Shown here in pieces: positions 1 to 12,526 of a stretch of DNA of 64,000 nucleotides; position 1 is the stretch's first letter; each line of letters starts with the position of its first letter. This DNA is from Felis catus (lineage: Eukaryota). The DNA lies in contig NC_058368.1 of assembly GCF_018350175.1 (NCBI RefSeq), positions 28,274,001 through 28,338,000 of the forward strand, given 5' to 3'. The translations under genes were made by a program, and so were the position numbers. The notes beneath the pieces are model-generated. The model saw nothing but the letters and a program-made list of their open reading frames with translations. It ran no database searches and was not told the origin of the DNA.

Positions 1-129
1 TCGGAAACAGGCTCCAGGCTCTGAGCTGTCAGCACAGAGCCCCAGGCGGGGCTCGAACTCATGAACTGCGAGATCATGACCAGAATTTTAAGTCTGAAGC
101 TTAACTGCCTGAGCTACTCAGGCACCCCC
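1..129 (-). mobile_element. CAN-SINE (SINEC_Fc type), cut by window edge
   Basis: ggctccaggctctgagctgtcagcacagagcc...gggctcgaactc...gagatcatgacc...caggcacccc. Confidence 0.9.
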
Positions 130-1447
130 TAATTCACTTTTTAAGTGCACCCTCCTACCTTTGGCTCCACCGTTCCCCAAGGTGTTGCTCTCATCTGCAG
201 CACCTCTTCTCCAGCCCACCCTGCAGGAAGGGTAAAAGAGAGCACAGGCCATGGCTGCTTTCCAAAGAACATCCCATTGACTAGAATGTAATCACGTACC
301 TAGCTTCAGTGGAGCCTAGGCAAAGGGGTCTGTGTGTCCAGTGGGAACTTGGGAGAATCTATTACTGACAGGATGGGGGGAAATAGATATAATTAGGGGA
401 CTGTGCCTTGGCATCAAATCTTAATGAAATTTAAGGATTGGGTTATTTTCCAATATCTTTTAACAAATAAGAGTGTAGTAGTGAAACACAATTTGCAGAT
501 CATCAACAGAGCAAAGAGGTTGTGCAGCAATATCCACCTCTGGCCTCCTTGCTTGTTGCTATTTCTTTGCCTATCACTTACTTCCATTTTTTCCAAAGAT
601 CTGAATCCATCAAAAGCATGACGTTTTCTGTCAAACACGGGAGACTGTTACCACATGGTGTCTTTGTTATCTTCCGTTAGCACAATCTGAAATTCACTTC
701 CAATGACTCTGGCAATCGTAAAATGAAGACATCTGTGTAGCAAGAGACCTTTCAAGTCCAAAGCAGTTCTGCGATACTTGGCAAGTGTCTGTATATAGTT
801 CAGAGTTATCTGGTGACAACACGAAAAGTATCCTGTCCTATTTTCTGAATCATAGGTTTCCTATGCTATCGGCTATGACTCTGATCTGATCTTAATTTCC
901 CATGACAATTATACAAATGCAAGAAGGATGAAGTTCTGCAGAATGTCAATATGCCTTTCGGCAGTCGTTTTTGTTGAAAACATGACTAGCTGTTGACGGA
1001 GAAAACCTTGAGTAAAGGAAAATAAAAGATGCTATCGGTGTGTTAATGAAGAGATTTTTTTTTTTTGGTGTGCCTGTGGAATAAATATACGATGATGTCA
1101 ATTCCAAATTATCAAAGCAGTAGTTGATAGCTGATGTTTTATCTGTTCAGAAAATGTCAATGCCTAGGGACGGGAACTGCTCAAGTCCATTGGCATCATG
1201 TGCTGTACTGAGTGGATGGCTTACCAGAAGGGGGTTTCCTTTCGGCCTCAAAAGTAGTAAGAACAGAAACAATCACATCAGTAACTATAGTAGCTATAAT
1301 TTATTTAGTTTTACTATTTGTTGCCACCATGCAATAATATTGCCAGGTAAATATAATGGGCAATATTCTCACTTAGTTCCTCCTATAGTTGTGATGGTGA
1401 AAGTAGTAACTAACATTCCTTGAGTGCGTCTGTGCCAGACCATGTTC

Positions 1448-1659
1448 TTTTTTTTTTTTTTTTGTAAGTTTACTTATTTATTTTGAGAAACATAGACAGT
1501 GCAAGTGGGGGGGGGGGGCGGGGAGAGAACCCCAAGCAGGCTGCATGCTGCCAGCGCAGGGCCTGACACGGGGCTCCAACTCTTGAAAGCTCAAGATCGT
1601 GACCTGAGGCGAAACCAAGAGTCAAGACGCTTAACCAACTGAGCCACCCAGGCGCCCCC
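1448..1659 (-). mobile_element. CAN-SINE
   Basis: Poly-T tail, head ...gagccacccaggcgcccc, TSD ccatgttct on both sides. Confidence 0.92.
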
Positions 1660-2261
1660 AGGCCATGTTCTAAGCACAGTGAAGCCGAATTCATACCCAT
1701 GGCATCCTTGCGTGGTCCCTCACAAGGTGAGACCTCTGTGATCAGACAGAAGCCAGACGTGTCACAAACCACAGGCTTCAGCCTGCTGTATGCAGCCACT
1801 CAAGTTGCCTCAGAAAGCGTAGGTTCTGAGCATCCTAGTAAGCCTAGCAGTAATGTGGCCTTCGGAAAAAATCTCTGACCCACGGAGCACTTACGTCTGC
1901 AATGCGTCGCACGTGGTGGCAGTGGGGGGGGGTGGCCAGCCTATCAGCAGCTGTGCTTTAATTCTCATCCCCCGAATTTGTCTGAAGCAGAGACACATAA
2001 TTGTCATCAGAATGGTATCCCCTACATTCTCAACTACCTGAAAGCGAATCGGATTTATGACTAGTAAATTTAACACAGAGATTTGGTTGGCTGATTAAAA
2101 CACTGAGATGATGGTACTTACAAAAAAAGCGAAATGGCAGGTTTTCCGTTATGACTGTCTTCCACTAAATAGAAGTAAAGTCTTTCTTGCGGACCAATTG
2201 TTTTCATTGCAAGAGCCTACATTCAGTCATCTAAAATGTAAGCTTCTGTCTGTAGACCATA

Positions 2262-2457
2262 TTTTATGTTTTATTTATTTTTTGAAAGTTTATTGATGTG
2301 TTTTGAGAGAGGGGCAGAAAAAGAGGGAGAGGGAGAATCCCAAACAGGCTGCCGGTGCAGAGCCTGATGCAGGGCTCAAAATCATGAACCAGGAGATCAT
2401 GACCAGAGCCGAGATCAAGAGTTGGATGCTTAACTGACTGAGCCACCCAGGTATCCC
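2262..2457 (-). mobile_element. CAN-SINE
   Basis: tttattta tail, GA-rich linker, gagatcatgacc...ctgagccacccagg. Confidence 0.9.
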
Positions 2458-2697
2458 TGTAAACAATATTTTAATAGTTTTTAGAAAAGGATGATACGTG
2501 GCTAGTTGAAGACATAAAATAGTCACAAATTACACTTACTGTTAATTATTTTGGATATGACTAAATTTAAAATAAACGTGTCAAGTTTTATTACTTATTA
2601 TTACTTTTAGCAGTAGTTGTATTTACCTGAATCCTAACACTCTTTGTCTTTATTCTAAAAAAAAAATTTTTTTTAACCCACAGTTGGTTTTTGTAAA

Positions 2698-2902
2698 TTT
2701 TTCCTTTAACATTTATTCTTTTCTGAGAGACAGAGTGTGAGCAGGGGAGGGGCAGAGAGAGAGGGAGACCCAGAATCGGAAGCAGGCTGCAGGCTCTGAG
2801 CTGTCAGCACAGAGCCTGACGTGGGCCTCAGCCCCATGAACTGTGAGGTCATAACCTGAGCTGAAGTCAGACTCCCAACCGTCGGATCCACCCAGGTGCC
2901 CC
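2698..2902 (-). mobile_element. CAN-SINE (SINEC_Fc type)
   Basis: gcaggctgcaggctctgagctgtcagcacagagcctgac...cacccaggtgcccc; acccacag recurs on both flanks. Confidence 0.9.
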
Positions 2903-3562
2903 GACCCACAGAAGTTTTTAATAGTTAAAATGGCTGTTACAATGTCGTCTTTCTCCCACAGAAGGAGATGTTGAAGGGTAGGGTCTCAGTCTTGTAAGAA
3001 CACACCCTACCCCAGCCACAGTCAATTCCCACAAGTCTTTCTAAAGACAAATAATCTCCTTAATTTGTCAATTCTTTGAAGGGAAGGATTTTGTAGTTTG
3101 TTTTCCAGCAGTGACTACTAAGCTGCTTCTTCAGGTTGAATGTTCGATCACTAACTTTGATAAAAAAGAAACAGAAACCAAAGTGAACATGTTAGTCATC
3201 ACTGCACTGATACGCAAACCGAAGTGCTAAAATACCAACAAAGGCAAATATTTAGATGTTTTACATTTGCAGTCACTCACAGTTTTTCAAGAATACATCT
3301 AATGATACGGTGAGCTGCGCCCGGCTGTATCTCCAAGGGTCCATTGTTGTCACACAGGCCACAGCCACATAAGTGTGCCTTTGAAGTTGGTGAAGAAGTT
3401 CACATTGATTCTGTTCATATTTACTGAGCACCTACTAAGCCTGGCACTACCTTGGGCACTGTGAGAAATATAGAAAAACAATACAATTCTATGAAGAAGA
3501 AGTTACTAACAATTCAAGGTAATTAACCCCTAAATTAATAGTATACGTGGTCTTGTTTTCTG

Positions 3563-4787
3563 TGACTTTTTCAAATTTTCATCTCAGGATCCCTTTACAC
3601 TCTTAAAAATTATTGAAGACCTCAACCAGCTTTATTTAGATGTATCAATAATTACCAAATTAGAATTCAAAAGTAAAAAAATATTTAATATGTATTAATT
3701 CGTTTAAAAATATTAAAAACAACCCACTGCATATTCACATAAATAATATGGTCTTAAGAAAAATAACTGTATTTTTCAAACAAAGAAAATCCATGGAAAA
3801 GTGACACTGTTTCACGTTTTTGCACACCTCTTTTATGTCTGGCTTCATAGAGGAGAGTTGGATTCTTAAATCTGTCTGTGTATCCAATCTGCTTTAATGT
3901 GTGCTTTTGATTGAAGTGTGTGAAGAGAATTCCGCCTCGCACAGCTATGTAACTGCAAAACAACTATTTTAGTTGCTATTTTAGATCACTGTGGCTATTC
4001 TTCGATACTACACCGAACGTTAGCAAGCGAGAGTTTCTTAGCTTCAATGTGAGATCTAAAACCAGTATATGGAAATCCATCCATCTTTCTTGCAATTCAA
4101 ATTTGGTAACACTATGAATTGGCCTTTTGAAAATTATCAGCGGATCTTTGAAATGCTGACAGCGCAATTATACAATATAAAAAAAAATCTTAACATTTGT
4201 CCGTATCACAACTGATCTCACTGGGAAAGTCTTTAAGTATTTAAATGCTGTTGAAATCATTAACTGTTGAACTGGTTTTCATTTAAAAGCTCGAATTTTT
4301 ATCATTGACCCTAAGTACTGTCGGCTGTTTCCTTTGAAGAGTCAGGCTCAAGTTCCTCTTTTTTCGAGAAAAATGTTTGCATGTCGGTCATTCTCTCAGA
4401 TAAATACGGTGTTCCGTGGAAAAAGCAGCTAGTTGCTTGGAACTCAATTGCAAAAGTGCTCAAGCTCCTCAAGAGCCTGCGTTTATTCATCTAAAGTGTA
4501 AACTTCTGTTTGTAAAATGTGTTTTAATAATGGCGAGCAAGCTGTGACAGGTGGGTCAGGGCAAGCTATGAGGATAATCACTACCTGGGAGGGAAGAATG
4601 AGATGACTTTGGTACAGTTTGGTCCCACTGCCTTGACTGGTCCTCAGGTTTGAGCAACTTCATCCGCCACCAGTGCAAATATCAACCTAGCGAAATGGGC
4701 CAAGTATGTCCTTAAAACATTATGGAAATGGATTTTACCTTGCAGTCCAACTGGAAAGGTATCAGGACCCCACCTTGAAAACCGCTG
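3563..4787 (-). mobile_element. hAT-Charlie DNA transposon relic (Charlie1-like)
   Basis: Left end ctcaggatccctttacactcttaaaaattattgaagacc and right end aaaggtatcaggacccc...ttgaaaaccgctg match recalled Charlie1 termini. Confidence 0.7.
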
Positions 4788-4956
4788 AGGGAAGCAGAAT
4801 CTATTAAACCCAACACAGCTTGAGGATTTAGGGTTTTAATGTCCCCCGACTTCATCAGTTGCACCAGTGACTGTTAGCTCAAGTATAGAAAGTGATGTAG
4901 TTAGTATCTTCTGATTACAGAGCCGTGCTTCTGTACCATTAAAATCACAGGGGTTT

Positions 4957-5077
4957 CAGCACCAGATGTTGTATGAAAGTGTTGAATCACTATATGGTAC
5001 ACATGAAACTAATGGAACACTGTATGTTAACTAACTGGAATTAAAGTAAAAACTTAACAAATAATCAAAAATCAAAT
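4957..5077 (+). mobile_element. Very short 5'-truncated carnivore L1 (3' terminus only)
   Basis: gttgaatcactatatggtacacatgaaactaat...tgttaactaactggaattaaa; TSD taaaatcacagRggtttc. Confidence 0.8.
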
Positions 5078-5804
5078 AAAATCACAGAGGTTTCTTTTGT
5101 AACTGGCCACAGCAGCTACTGTTAGATGAAAAAAAGAAAAAAAAATCCCATAACCAATTCTCCTTGGTCCTTAAAGGTAAAAGCATTTTCTGACCTTCTT
5201 TCTCCAAATTACCTCTGAAGGATAGCTAGCAAGACGAGTTAGGCTGCCTGATTTCAGCAAGCTCTGCAGAAGCAATCAAAAGGGAGGAAGAGGGTTAAAT
5301 GTCACCAACCCCACTTAATAAGATCAAAAGGTCCAGAGCCCCAGCAATTCAAAACTTCTTTTCAAAACCTTTTATCAAGTATGCCCAGTGTGCTTGCCAT
5401 AGACTAATTTAAAAGCAAGAGTGTTAGAAAATGGGCCAGAGATTTATAGCAATGCCAGAAAGAGATTCCGACTTGGTTTTTTAGCCCTGTTACTCTTTTC
5501 TTTATACTGCAAAATATACCCAATACAAGTATTTGGGGACATTTTATATTAAAGAAGATAGTATATTCTATTGACAAATATTTTACTGCATAGGAACAAA
5601 AGAGCTTGAGGATTCTAAGAATTTGACAAGAACGACATAGGCTAAGAGACTTATAGGAAAGGTTATGAAAGGGGCTCAGTTCATAACAGGATGAGGGAGT
5701 TCAACCTGCCTGCTGCCAGTTCAGCCCCTTCTGTATCTTCCTGCACCTTGTTACATCTCTAGAAAAGCAACACTTGGTGATAAATGAGTGGGTCAAATTA
5801 ATAG

Positions 5805-6160
5805 ACTTTGTATTTTTTAGAACATTTTAGATCCATAGGAAACTTGAGCAGAGAATTCGTAGAGATATTCGTAGAGAATTCTCACATACTGCCTCCCCCC
5901 AACACACACACAAGCTTCCCCGATTACAAACATCTTGCATTGGTGTGGTACAATTGTTACAGTTAATCCAATATTGATGAACTGTCATAACTTAAAGCTC
6001 ACAGTTTACATGAATGAAGGTTTTCCCAGATAGTTCTATGGGTTTTGATAGATGCATGATGTCATGTATCCACCACTATAGTATCAGACAGAATAGTTTC
6101 ACCACCTGAAAATGTCCTCTTCTTCACCTATTCGTCCCACCTTCTTCAACCCCTGACAAC
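5805..6160 (-). mobile_element. Old L1 (L1MB/MC-like) 3' fragment
   Basis: aaacatcttgcattggtgtggtacaattgttaca...tatccaccactatagtatcagacagaatagtttcacc. Confidence 0.65.
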
Positions 6161-6344
6161 ATACACCAAAGCCAATAATATACCTTCTTTTCACAGCCCG
6201 ATGAGACACTTGGTAATTTTCTAACCACAACACAGTGACATAAACTGACAATAAAATAAGGTTTGGAAAATATCTTCTTGAAAATGAAAACTTGATCTAT
6301 AAATAGCTCTTTGGTCAAAGGGAAACTAAAACTTGAATTACACA

Positions 6345-6685
6345 TTATTTAAGGATTAAGGACCATAAAGAAACAAAACAAACAAGCAAAGGGGAAAAAA
6401 AAAAAGTGAAGCAAAACAAGAAACAGATTCAACTGTAGAGAACAAAATGATGGTCACCAGAGGGGAGGTGGGTGGGGGGATGGGTCAAATAGGTACCAGA
6501 GGGGAGGTAGGTGGGGCAATGGGTCAAATAGGTGATGGGGACTAAAGAATACACTTGTGAGGAGCACTGATTAAGTACAAAATTGTTGAATCACTATATT
6601 GTGCACCTGAAACTAATATAACCCTGTATTGTTAACTAACTGGAATTAAAATAAAAACTATAAATTAATGAATGAATTAATTAAA
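6345..6685 (+). mobile_element. Carnivore L1 3' UTR fragment with an internal tandem duplication
   Basis: gagaacaaaatgatggtcaccagaggggaggtgggtggggggatggg...gaatcactatattgtgcacctgaaactaatata...ctggaattaaaataaaa. Confidence 0.8.
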
Positions 6686-6849
6686 GATAAAGAGATGCCC
6701 TTGGATAACTGACGAAACCTCCAAATATTAATTTTATTATTTTTTTGGGGGAAAAAAAAGGACTTTGATCCTGCTATAAAAGACTGAAATAGTTCTGTTA
6801 GAAATTTTTTGTTCTGAAAACTAGCATGGAATTTTCATTATAATCTTAA

Positions 6850-7620
6850 TTGTATTAAATCTAAGATTAGTTAACTTACAAAAAAGAATTAACGACAATA
6901 TAAATACTCCATAGAAAACTCAAAAGATACAGCCAATGTCATTTTCAGTAGACAATCCATAGCCTTAGACATTATTACTAATACATAAGAAAAATTTCAA
7001 TTAAATGGATAAAGCATTCAACTTAAGAAGCTTGAAAAAGCATAATAAACCAAAAGTAGTTTTGGTAAAGAATGAGGAAATATTAAATCAGAAGTGAATA
7101 ATTTAGAAAGAAAATAAAAGCATTAGAATGAATAAGATTTATCAGTAACAGATGCCAGAAAACTAACCTGTGAGAAAGCACAACTATAGAATACTAGAAA
7201 AAAAATGTTAAGAGTTTATAAATCATAGGTATAAATCAAATTTTTTGTAAAGAAACACTGTGTAAAAACTTATAATTGCTATGACTGTTTTCTAGAGAAA
7301 TTGAAATTAACAGAATTTACCTCCACCAAAAAAAAAAAAAAAAAAACAACCCAGTTTTTTAAATTGAAAATACAGTTAAAGATTTATCCCCAGAAAGTAG
7401 ATAAGACCTGATTAATTTTATAGATAAGTTACAGCGAACCTTCAAGGAATAGATAAGACAATTCCTTTGGTATGTATTCATTTCAAACAAACAAAAAGTC
7501 TGGAAGGTTTCCATTTCTCTAGACTTTTTTTTTCCATTTCTCTACACTCTAGATCAGCATGGCCCTGATCCCAAAATCCAACCATGACTATAAACAGAAA
7601 TAACTGAGGAAATCTATTTA
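6850..7620 (+). mobile_element. Degraded ancient L1 (L1ME-like) ORF2 region
   Basis: A-rich; aagcattcaacttaagaagcttgaaaaag, accttcaaggaatagata, ccctgatcccaaaatccaa. Confidence 0.55.
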
Positions 7621-7626
7621 CAAAGT

Positions 7627-8001
7627 TGTCTTAGTCCTTTTGGTGTGCTATAACAAAATATCATAGAATGGGTGGTTTATAACCAGCAGAAAAATCAGTT
7701 CTCACGATCCTGGAGTCTGGGAACTCCAAGATCAGGTACCAGTATTTTCGGTGGTCAGTCAGGGTCCACTTCCTGGTTTATGGCTTTCTTTCTGCTGTGT
7801 CCTCACTTGACAGAAGAGGCAAGGAAGAGGTTAGGTGGGTCTCTCTGGGGTCTCTTTCATAAAGGCACTAATCCCATTTGTGAGGGGCTCCCCCTCATGA
7901 CCTCGACACCTTCGGAGGCTCCATCTCCAAATACCATCACACTAGGCATTAGGATTTCAACACGTGAATTTTGGAGTAACACAAACCTTCTGTCTATACC
8001 A
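7627..8001 (-). mobile_element. MaLR solo LTR (MLT1A-like)
   Basis: tgtcttagtcc...ctataacaaaatatcatag...aggcactaatcccatt...ccatctccaaataccatcacactag. Confidence 0.8.
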
Positions 8002-8159
8002 AAAAGTTACCATGTAAAGTGGTCATGAGGGAAATATTTATTATATCATCTCTATGGATTCCAAAAAAGACTTTTGATAACTGTTCCTACTGATCAAAAT
8101 AGTAAAGTAGAAATAGATGGGTACTTCCTTGTCATAATGCTTATATTTTTCTCTCCCCA

Positions 8160-8161
<2 letters not shown>

Positions 8162-8197
<36 letters not shown>
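8162..8197. repeat. (GT)n microsatellite
   Basis: Direct. Confidence 0.95.
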
Positions 8198-8200
<3 letters not shown>

Positions 8201-8547
8201 CTAGAGCACAATAAAAGATGTGTTCCAAATTAGGAACTAGAAAGGTGTCTTTGGTCAACATTTATATTTAATATTGAACAATCCAGTTAATATTTTCTTA
8301 CACCAGCAAGGTTGTGACTTCACTTGCCCAAAATCAGGTCCTGCTAACTTGACTAAGGATCCTGCCCTTCCCAACTCCTCTACAGACAAGGAAGGTAGTG
8401 GAAGATGGGGGTCCCTCTCCTGGTGCTCAAACTCCAGGGCATATCCTGTTCTTACCCGCCCATCTATGGACATCCCACTGGCCCGCATCTGAAGCTTTTC
8501 ACACAGATTCATGTTAGCCTGTCCCCAAGTCCTTTTCCCAGCCTTTT

Positions 8548-9085
8548 GTGTACTGGTCAGGGAAGAAGAAGCACTGTGAGTATTAAGAAATAAGGAACTT
8601 ATTGTTCCAGTTAGACCTTGGAGAGTTGTGAGGTGAGCTAGGAAAGTAAAGTTCCTGAAAGAATTAGAGAAAACTCACTAGCCAGCTCTGCGGTAGGGAA
8701 CCGAGTCTGGGCTGGCAGGAAGTTAGGCTCATCCAGCAGCTGCATGGCTGAGACTGGTGTATATGTGCATGGAAAATCGATGGCTCCTCACAGCTGCCAC
8801 CTGTGTGAGCTGCGACGAAGAATCTGGTGGTGCGCATGGAGTTACTGTTAGTGGTCAGCAACGAGAGAGGACACGTGGTGTCGAGAGAAGCAAGGACGAA
8901 GCGGAACCCGCCAGCACCTCTGCATCAGTCTCTCACACCTCAGACCAATGACCTTCAGAACACAATAGCTGCTGATTCATCTCTGACTCCCAAACCTCAT
9001 GCAAATTTCTCCTGTGGCCAATCCTAACCTGGGTCAACAGGGGAAAGAATTCTCAGAAACACAGGTCCTAATTAGCTACCATGAC
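8548..9085 (-). mobile_element. Probable old ERVL-class solo LTR
   Basis: GC-richer block interrupting the old L1; ends ...caaatttctcctgtggccaatcctaacc...gaattct...catgaca. Confidence 0.4.
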
Positions 9086-9595
9086 AAAGAACAAAACATC
9101 AGTTTGCCAAATGGCCAGAAATACACTTCATCAGTGATACATTGAATTTGTATGTGAAAAATTCTGAAATGCAAAACATTACTGAGAGATATAAAAGAGA
9201 AGGTGAATACATAAGAGGTACTGATGGATAAAAAGAATCAATATTATGGAGATATCAGTTCTAAATTAATCTATAAATTTAGTGCACTCCAAATCAAAAT
9301 TATAGTCCATTAAGAATGCTTCTAAAAGACTGCTGGCAGACAGACATGAGAAAATACCTAATCTGAAAAATAAGAAAAATCGGAGGTGGGATTAATAAAT
9401 ACAGAGTTTGTCCCCACAGATATTTAAAAACACTATGTTAGTAAATTTATGTGAGTCACTAGCCCAGGAAAGGATAAACTGAGAAATAGAATACAAACAA
9501 TAAACAATCTAATAATAAGTCCAAATATGTGTAGAAAATAAAGATCACTTTTAGAATTAATTGAGAAATATGATCTATTTAAGAAAGATACTGGA

Positions 9596-9800
9596 GGGGC
9601 ACCTGGGTTGGTTGGTTAGGCATCCAACTCTTGATTTCAGCTCATGATCTTTTGGTATGTGGGATCTATCTCCAGGTCAGGCTCTGTACTGATAGCATGG
9701 AGCCTGCTTGGGATTCTCTCTCTCTCCCTCTTCCCTTGCCCCTCCCCCCACTCACGCTTTCACTCTCTCTCTCAAATTAATAAATAAAGATTTTAAAAAG
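9596..9800 (+). mobile_element. CAN-SINE
   Basis: ggggcacctggg...ggagcctgcttgggattctctctctc...taaataaa. Confidence 0.88.
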
Positions 9801-10366
9801 AGAGATATTGGAAAACTAAATCAGTATTCAGAGTGGGAAAAGAAATACAGCAAGCCCCCTGCCTCTTCCTTTATATCAAAAGAGGTTCCAGATGTCTCAA
9901 AGACTTAAAGATTTGAAAAATAAAATTATATAAAGTACCATAAAATTATTTGGTATAATATTTCTATAGAAAAGCAAACATTTCGAGAGAGAGACAGAGA
10001 AATAAAAAGCCTGATAAATTTAAATATCTAAATTTGAGGATTCCATTTAGAAAATACACCATGAAAAAGAATTGGAAAGAATTGACCTAGAGAAAAATAT
10101 TTACATTACATGTGGAAGACAATAAGGAATTTGTATTCCCAGTGAGGGTGTGGGGAAAAGGTACTCACGTATCACTGTGGAACTATAAATTCATAAATAT
10201 GTAGCAAAGTATGAATTTAGATAATATTATTTCAAAATGTAAAATGGCCCAATAACCAAACTTCTTAGGAATTTACCTAAAGTAACTATCTCCCAGGTGA
10301 ATGAGTATTTACGCAAAGATGTTTGTTACCGCATTGCTTATACCACCAATCAAAAGGAAACTCTTT

Positions 10367-10481
10367 GGGGTGCCTGGCTGGCTCAGTTCAGAGGAGCATG
10401 TGACTCTGGATCTTGGGGACATGGGCTCCAGCCCCACCTTGGGTGTAGCGATTACTAAAAAAAATAAACTTTAAAGAAAAA
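10367..10481 (+). mobile_element. Short tRNA-Lys-derived carnivore SINE (no CT linker)
   Basis: gcctggctggctcagttcagaggagcatgtgactctggatcttggggacatgggctccagccccaccttgggtg + A tail; TSD-like aaaaggaaactct / aaaaggaagactct. Confidence 0.8.
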
Positions 10482-10941
10482 GGAAGACTCTCTGGAGTAA
10501 ATTACTGAATGATGAAATATTATGTATCCATTAACAACAGTGATAAACACCTTGATCTTTTGACAATAGAAACCTAAGACATATCATTGAGTAAAAAATG
10601 CAAATTACACAACCCCATTTATGTGAAGTTATATACGTATACCTAAATTATATAAATGCATAGGAAAGTGCCTAGAAAGATGTTTATCACTTTGTTCAGA
10701 GCCGTTATCTCTAAAAATTTAGATATCAGGTTCCTACCCCCTCTTTTTTGATTAATGAAATTTTTACTTAAGCATGCATAATCTAAAATGTAAGATTTTT
10801 CCAAACACGGCATTTCTTTCACCTCCAGGATAATCCCTCTCCAGGATGGCTGCCTTCTTAGTCACTTGGAGACTCATACTCAAACTCATTTCCATCTAGA
10901 GATACAGTATTTTCCTCCAAGTTCTTCCTCTGATGAGCTCC

Positions 10942-10951
10942 TTCTTTTTTT

Positions 10952-10997
<46 letters not shown>

Positions 10998-11113
10998 ATT
11001 TTAAGCAGGGCCCACACTCAGCATGGAGCCCAATGCAGGACTCAATCTCAAGACCATGAGATCATGACCTGAGAAGAGTTGGACACTTGACTGACTGAGT
11101 CACCCAAGTGCCC
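10942..11113 (-). mobile_element. CAN-SINE
   Basis: Poly-T, (GA)n, gagatcatgacctgag...gagtcacccaagtgccc; TSD-like gatgagctcctt/gatgaactcctt. Confidence 0.88.
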
Positions 11114-12240
11114 TGATGATGAACTCCTTTTAAACATCTGATAATACTCATAACATACGTTGATTGGAAAACACTTTTCAAACACATACTCACCAAATAT
11201 CGTTAGGGATCACCTCAGTTCAGTGTCTCATTGCAATGTTCCCCTCCCTGTACCCAGACATTTCTTTCCAAATTTCAGATTATGAAATTTGAGAAATGTA
11301 TCCAGGAAATCATATCATGCAGTTCAGCAGCCCCTTTGTAGAGAGGCCTCGCTGTGGTTTATGCAACAGGGCCTTCTGGACAGCTGCCTTGGGGGACAGT
11401 TCTCTGGGTGGAAAATCCTGCAGCAATGAGTTTGTTGATATAGACCCGACTGCCTTTTCTGGAGCTTTGTCCTGGGTCTGGATCCTATATTACTTTAGGA
11501 GCTGGTACCTGTAATCACAGTGCTTCACTAATGGGACATTGTTCCACTTGTATAATGGTCATATCTCATTGGGAATATGGAAGCATCCGTCACTGAGGGT
11601 TCTTTTCTGTGTCTGGAAACATTTGCATGAAGAGAGATGAGATTTGACTTGAGGGAGAAGTATTTAACCAGTATCAGCTGCTTCCCTGGAAATTAGACCA
11701 GAACTTCCTAGACAATCTAAATGTCTGAGGCAAGGATAATTTGCTATTCTTAAAGAGCTGAAAGAAAAGGGACGGGAAAGGTAAAAATGCAGTAGGAACA
11801 AAATAATCGGAGCGTTTACCACATGCCAGCTGTTTTACTGGTGCTTTCAGATGGTCAGAGACACATATACAACCTCTTGTGAGATTGATACTGTTACAGA
11901 AGACACATAGGACCAGAGAGGTGAAGAAACATGTCCTGAGGTCACACAATTAGAATTGGGATGGCCTAGAAGTTTTCAAAGACCAGGACAAATCAAAATG
12001 TTTGCCCCCCTCTAGTCTAATTATGTAATTTCTTTTGTATGAGTCACCTGATTTGAACAGACGAATCCGGGTGAAAAAGGCATCCAGAGAAAATATCTAA
12101 TTCTTTGATTTTTGATAAGGCTGGATTATAACACAGGTGCAGCTGAATTCAGTTCAATATATTATTTATTGCTGGTATCTATACACAGGGCAATGTGCTT
12201 TCTAATCTTGAAGAGAATAAAATTGAACACAGTTAATTAA

Positions 12241-12433
12241 AAAAAATTTTTTAACTTTATTTATTTTTGAGACAGAGACAGAGAGAGAGAGAGAGTGCAA
12301 GCAGGGTAGGCACAGAGAGAGAGGAAGACAGAATCTCAAGCAGGCTCCAGGCTCATAACCCAACACGGGGCTTGAACTCACAAACTGCGAGATCATGATC
12401 TGAGCTTAACTGACTAAGCCACCCAGGTGCCCC
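12241..12433 (-). mobile_element. CAN-SINE (SINEC_Fc type)
   Basis: TSD gaacacagttaattaa on both sides. Confidence 0.93.
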
Positions 12434-12526
12434 TGAACACAGTTAATTAAGATACATATCAGAATATTATGGGGGACCTAAATTACCACAATGGAAGGCA
12501 CCTGGAAATAGCATTTTTTACGTCCA

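Larger units (their letters stand above)
9100..10800 (+). mobile_element. Degraded ancient L1 (L1ME-like), interrupted by two SINEs
   Basis: aatcaatattatggagatatcagttc...aatctataaatttagtgcactccaaatcaaaat; gagggtgtggggaaaaggtactcac; cttcttaggaatttacctaaag. Confidence 0.6.

Noticed and set aside
10371..10446. tRNA-Lys gene
   Set aside because: Diverged anticodon and T arms, A-rich tail and TSD indicate a tRNA-derived SINE.
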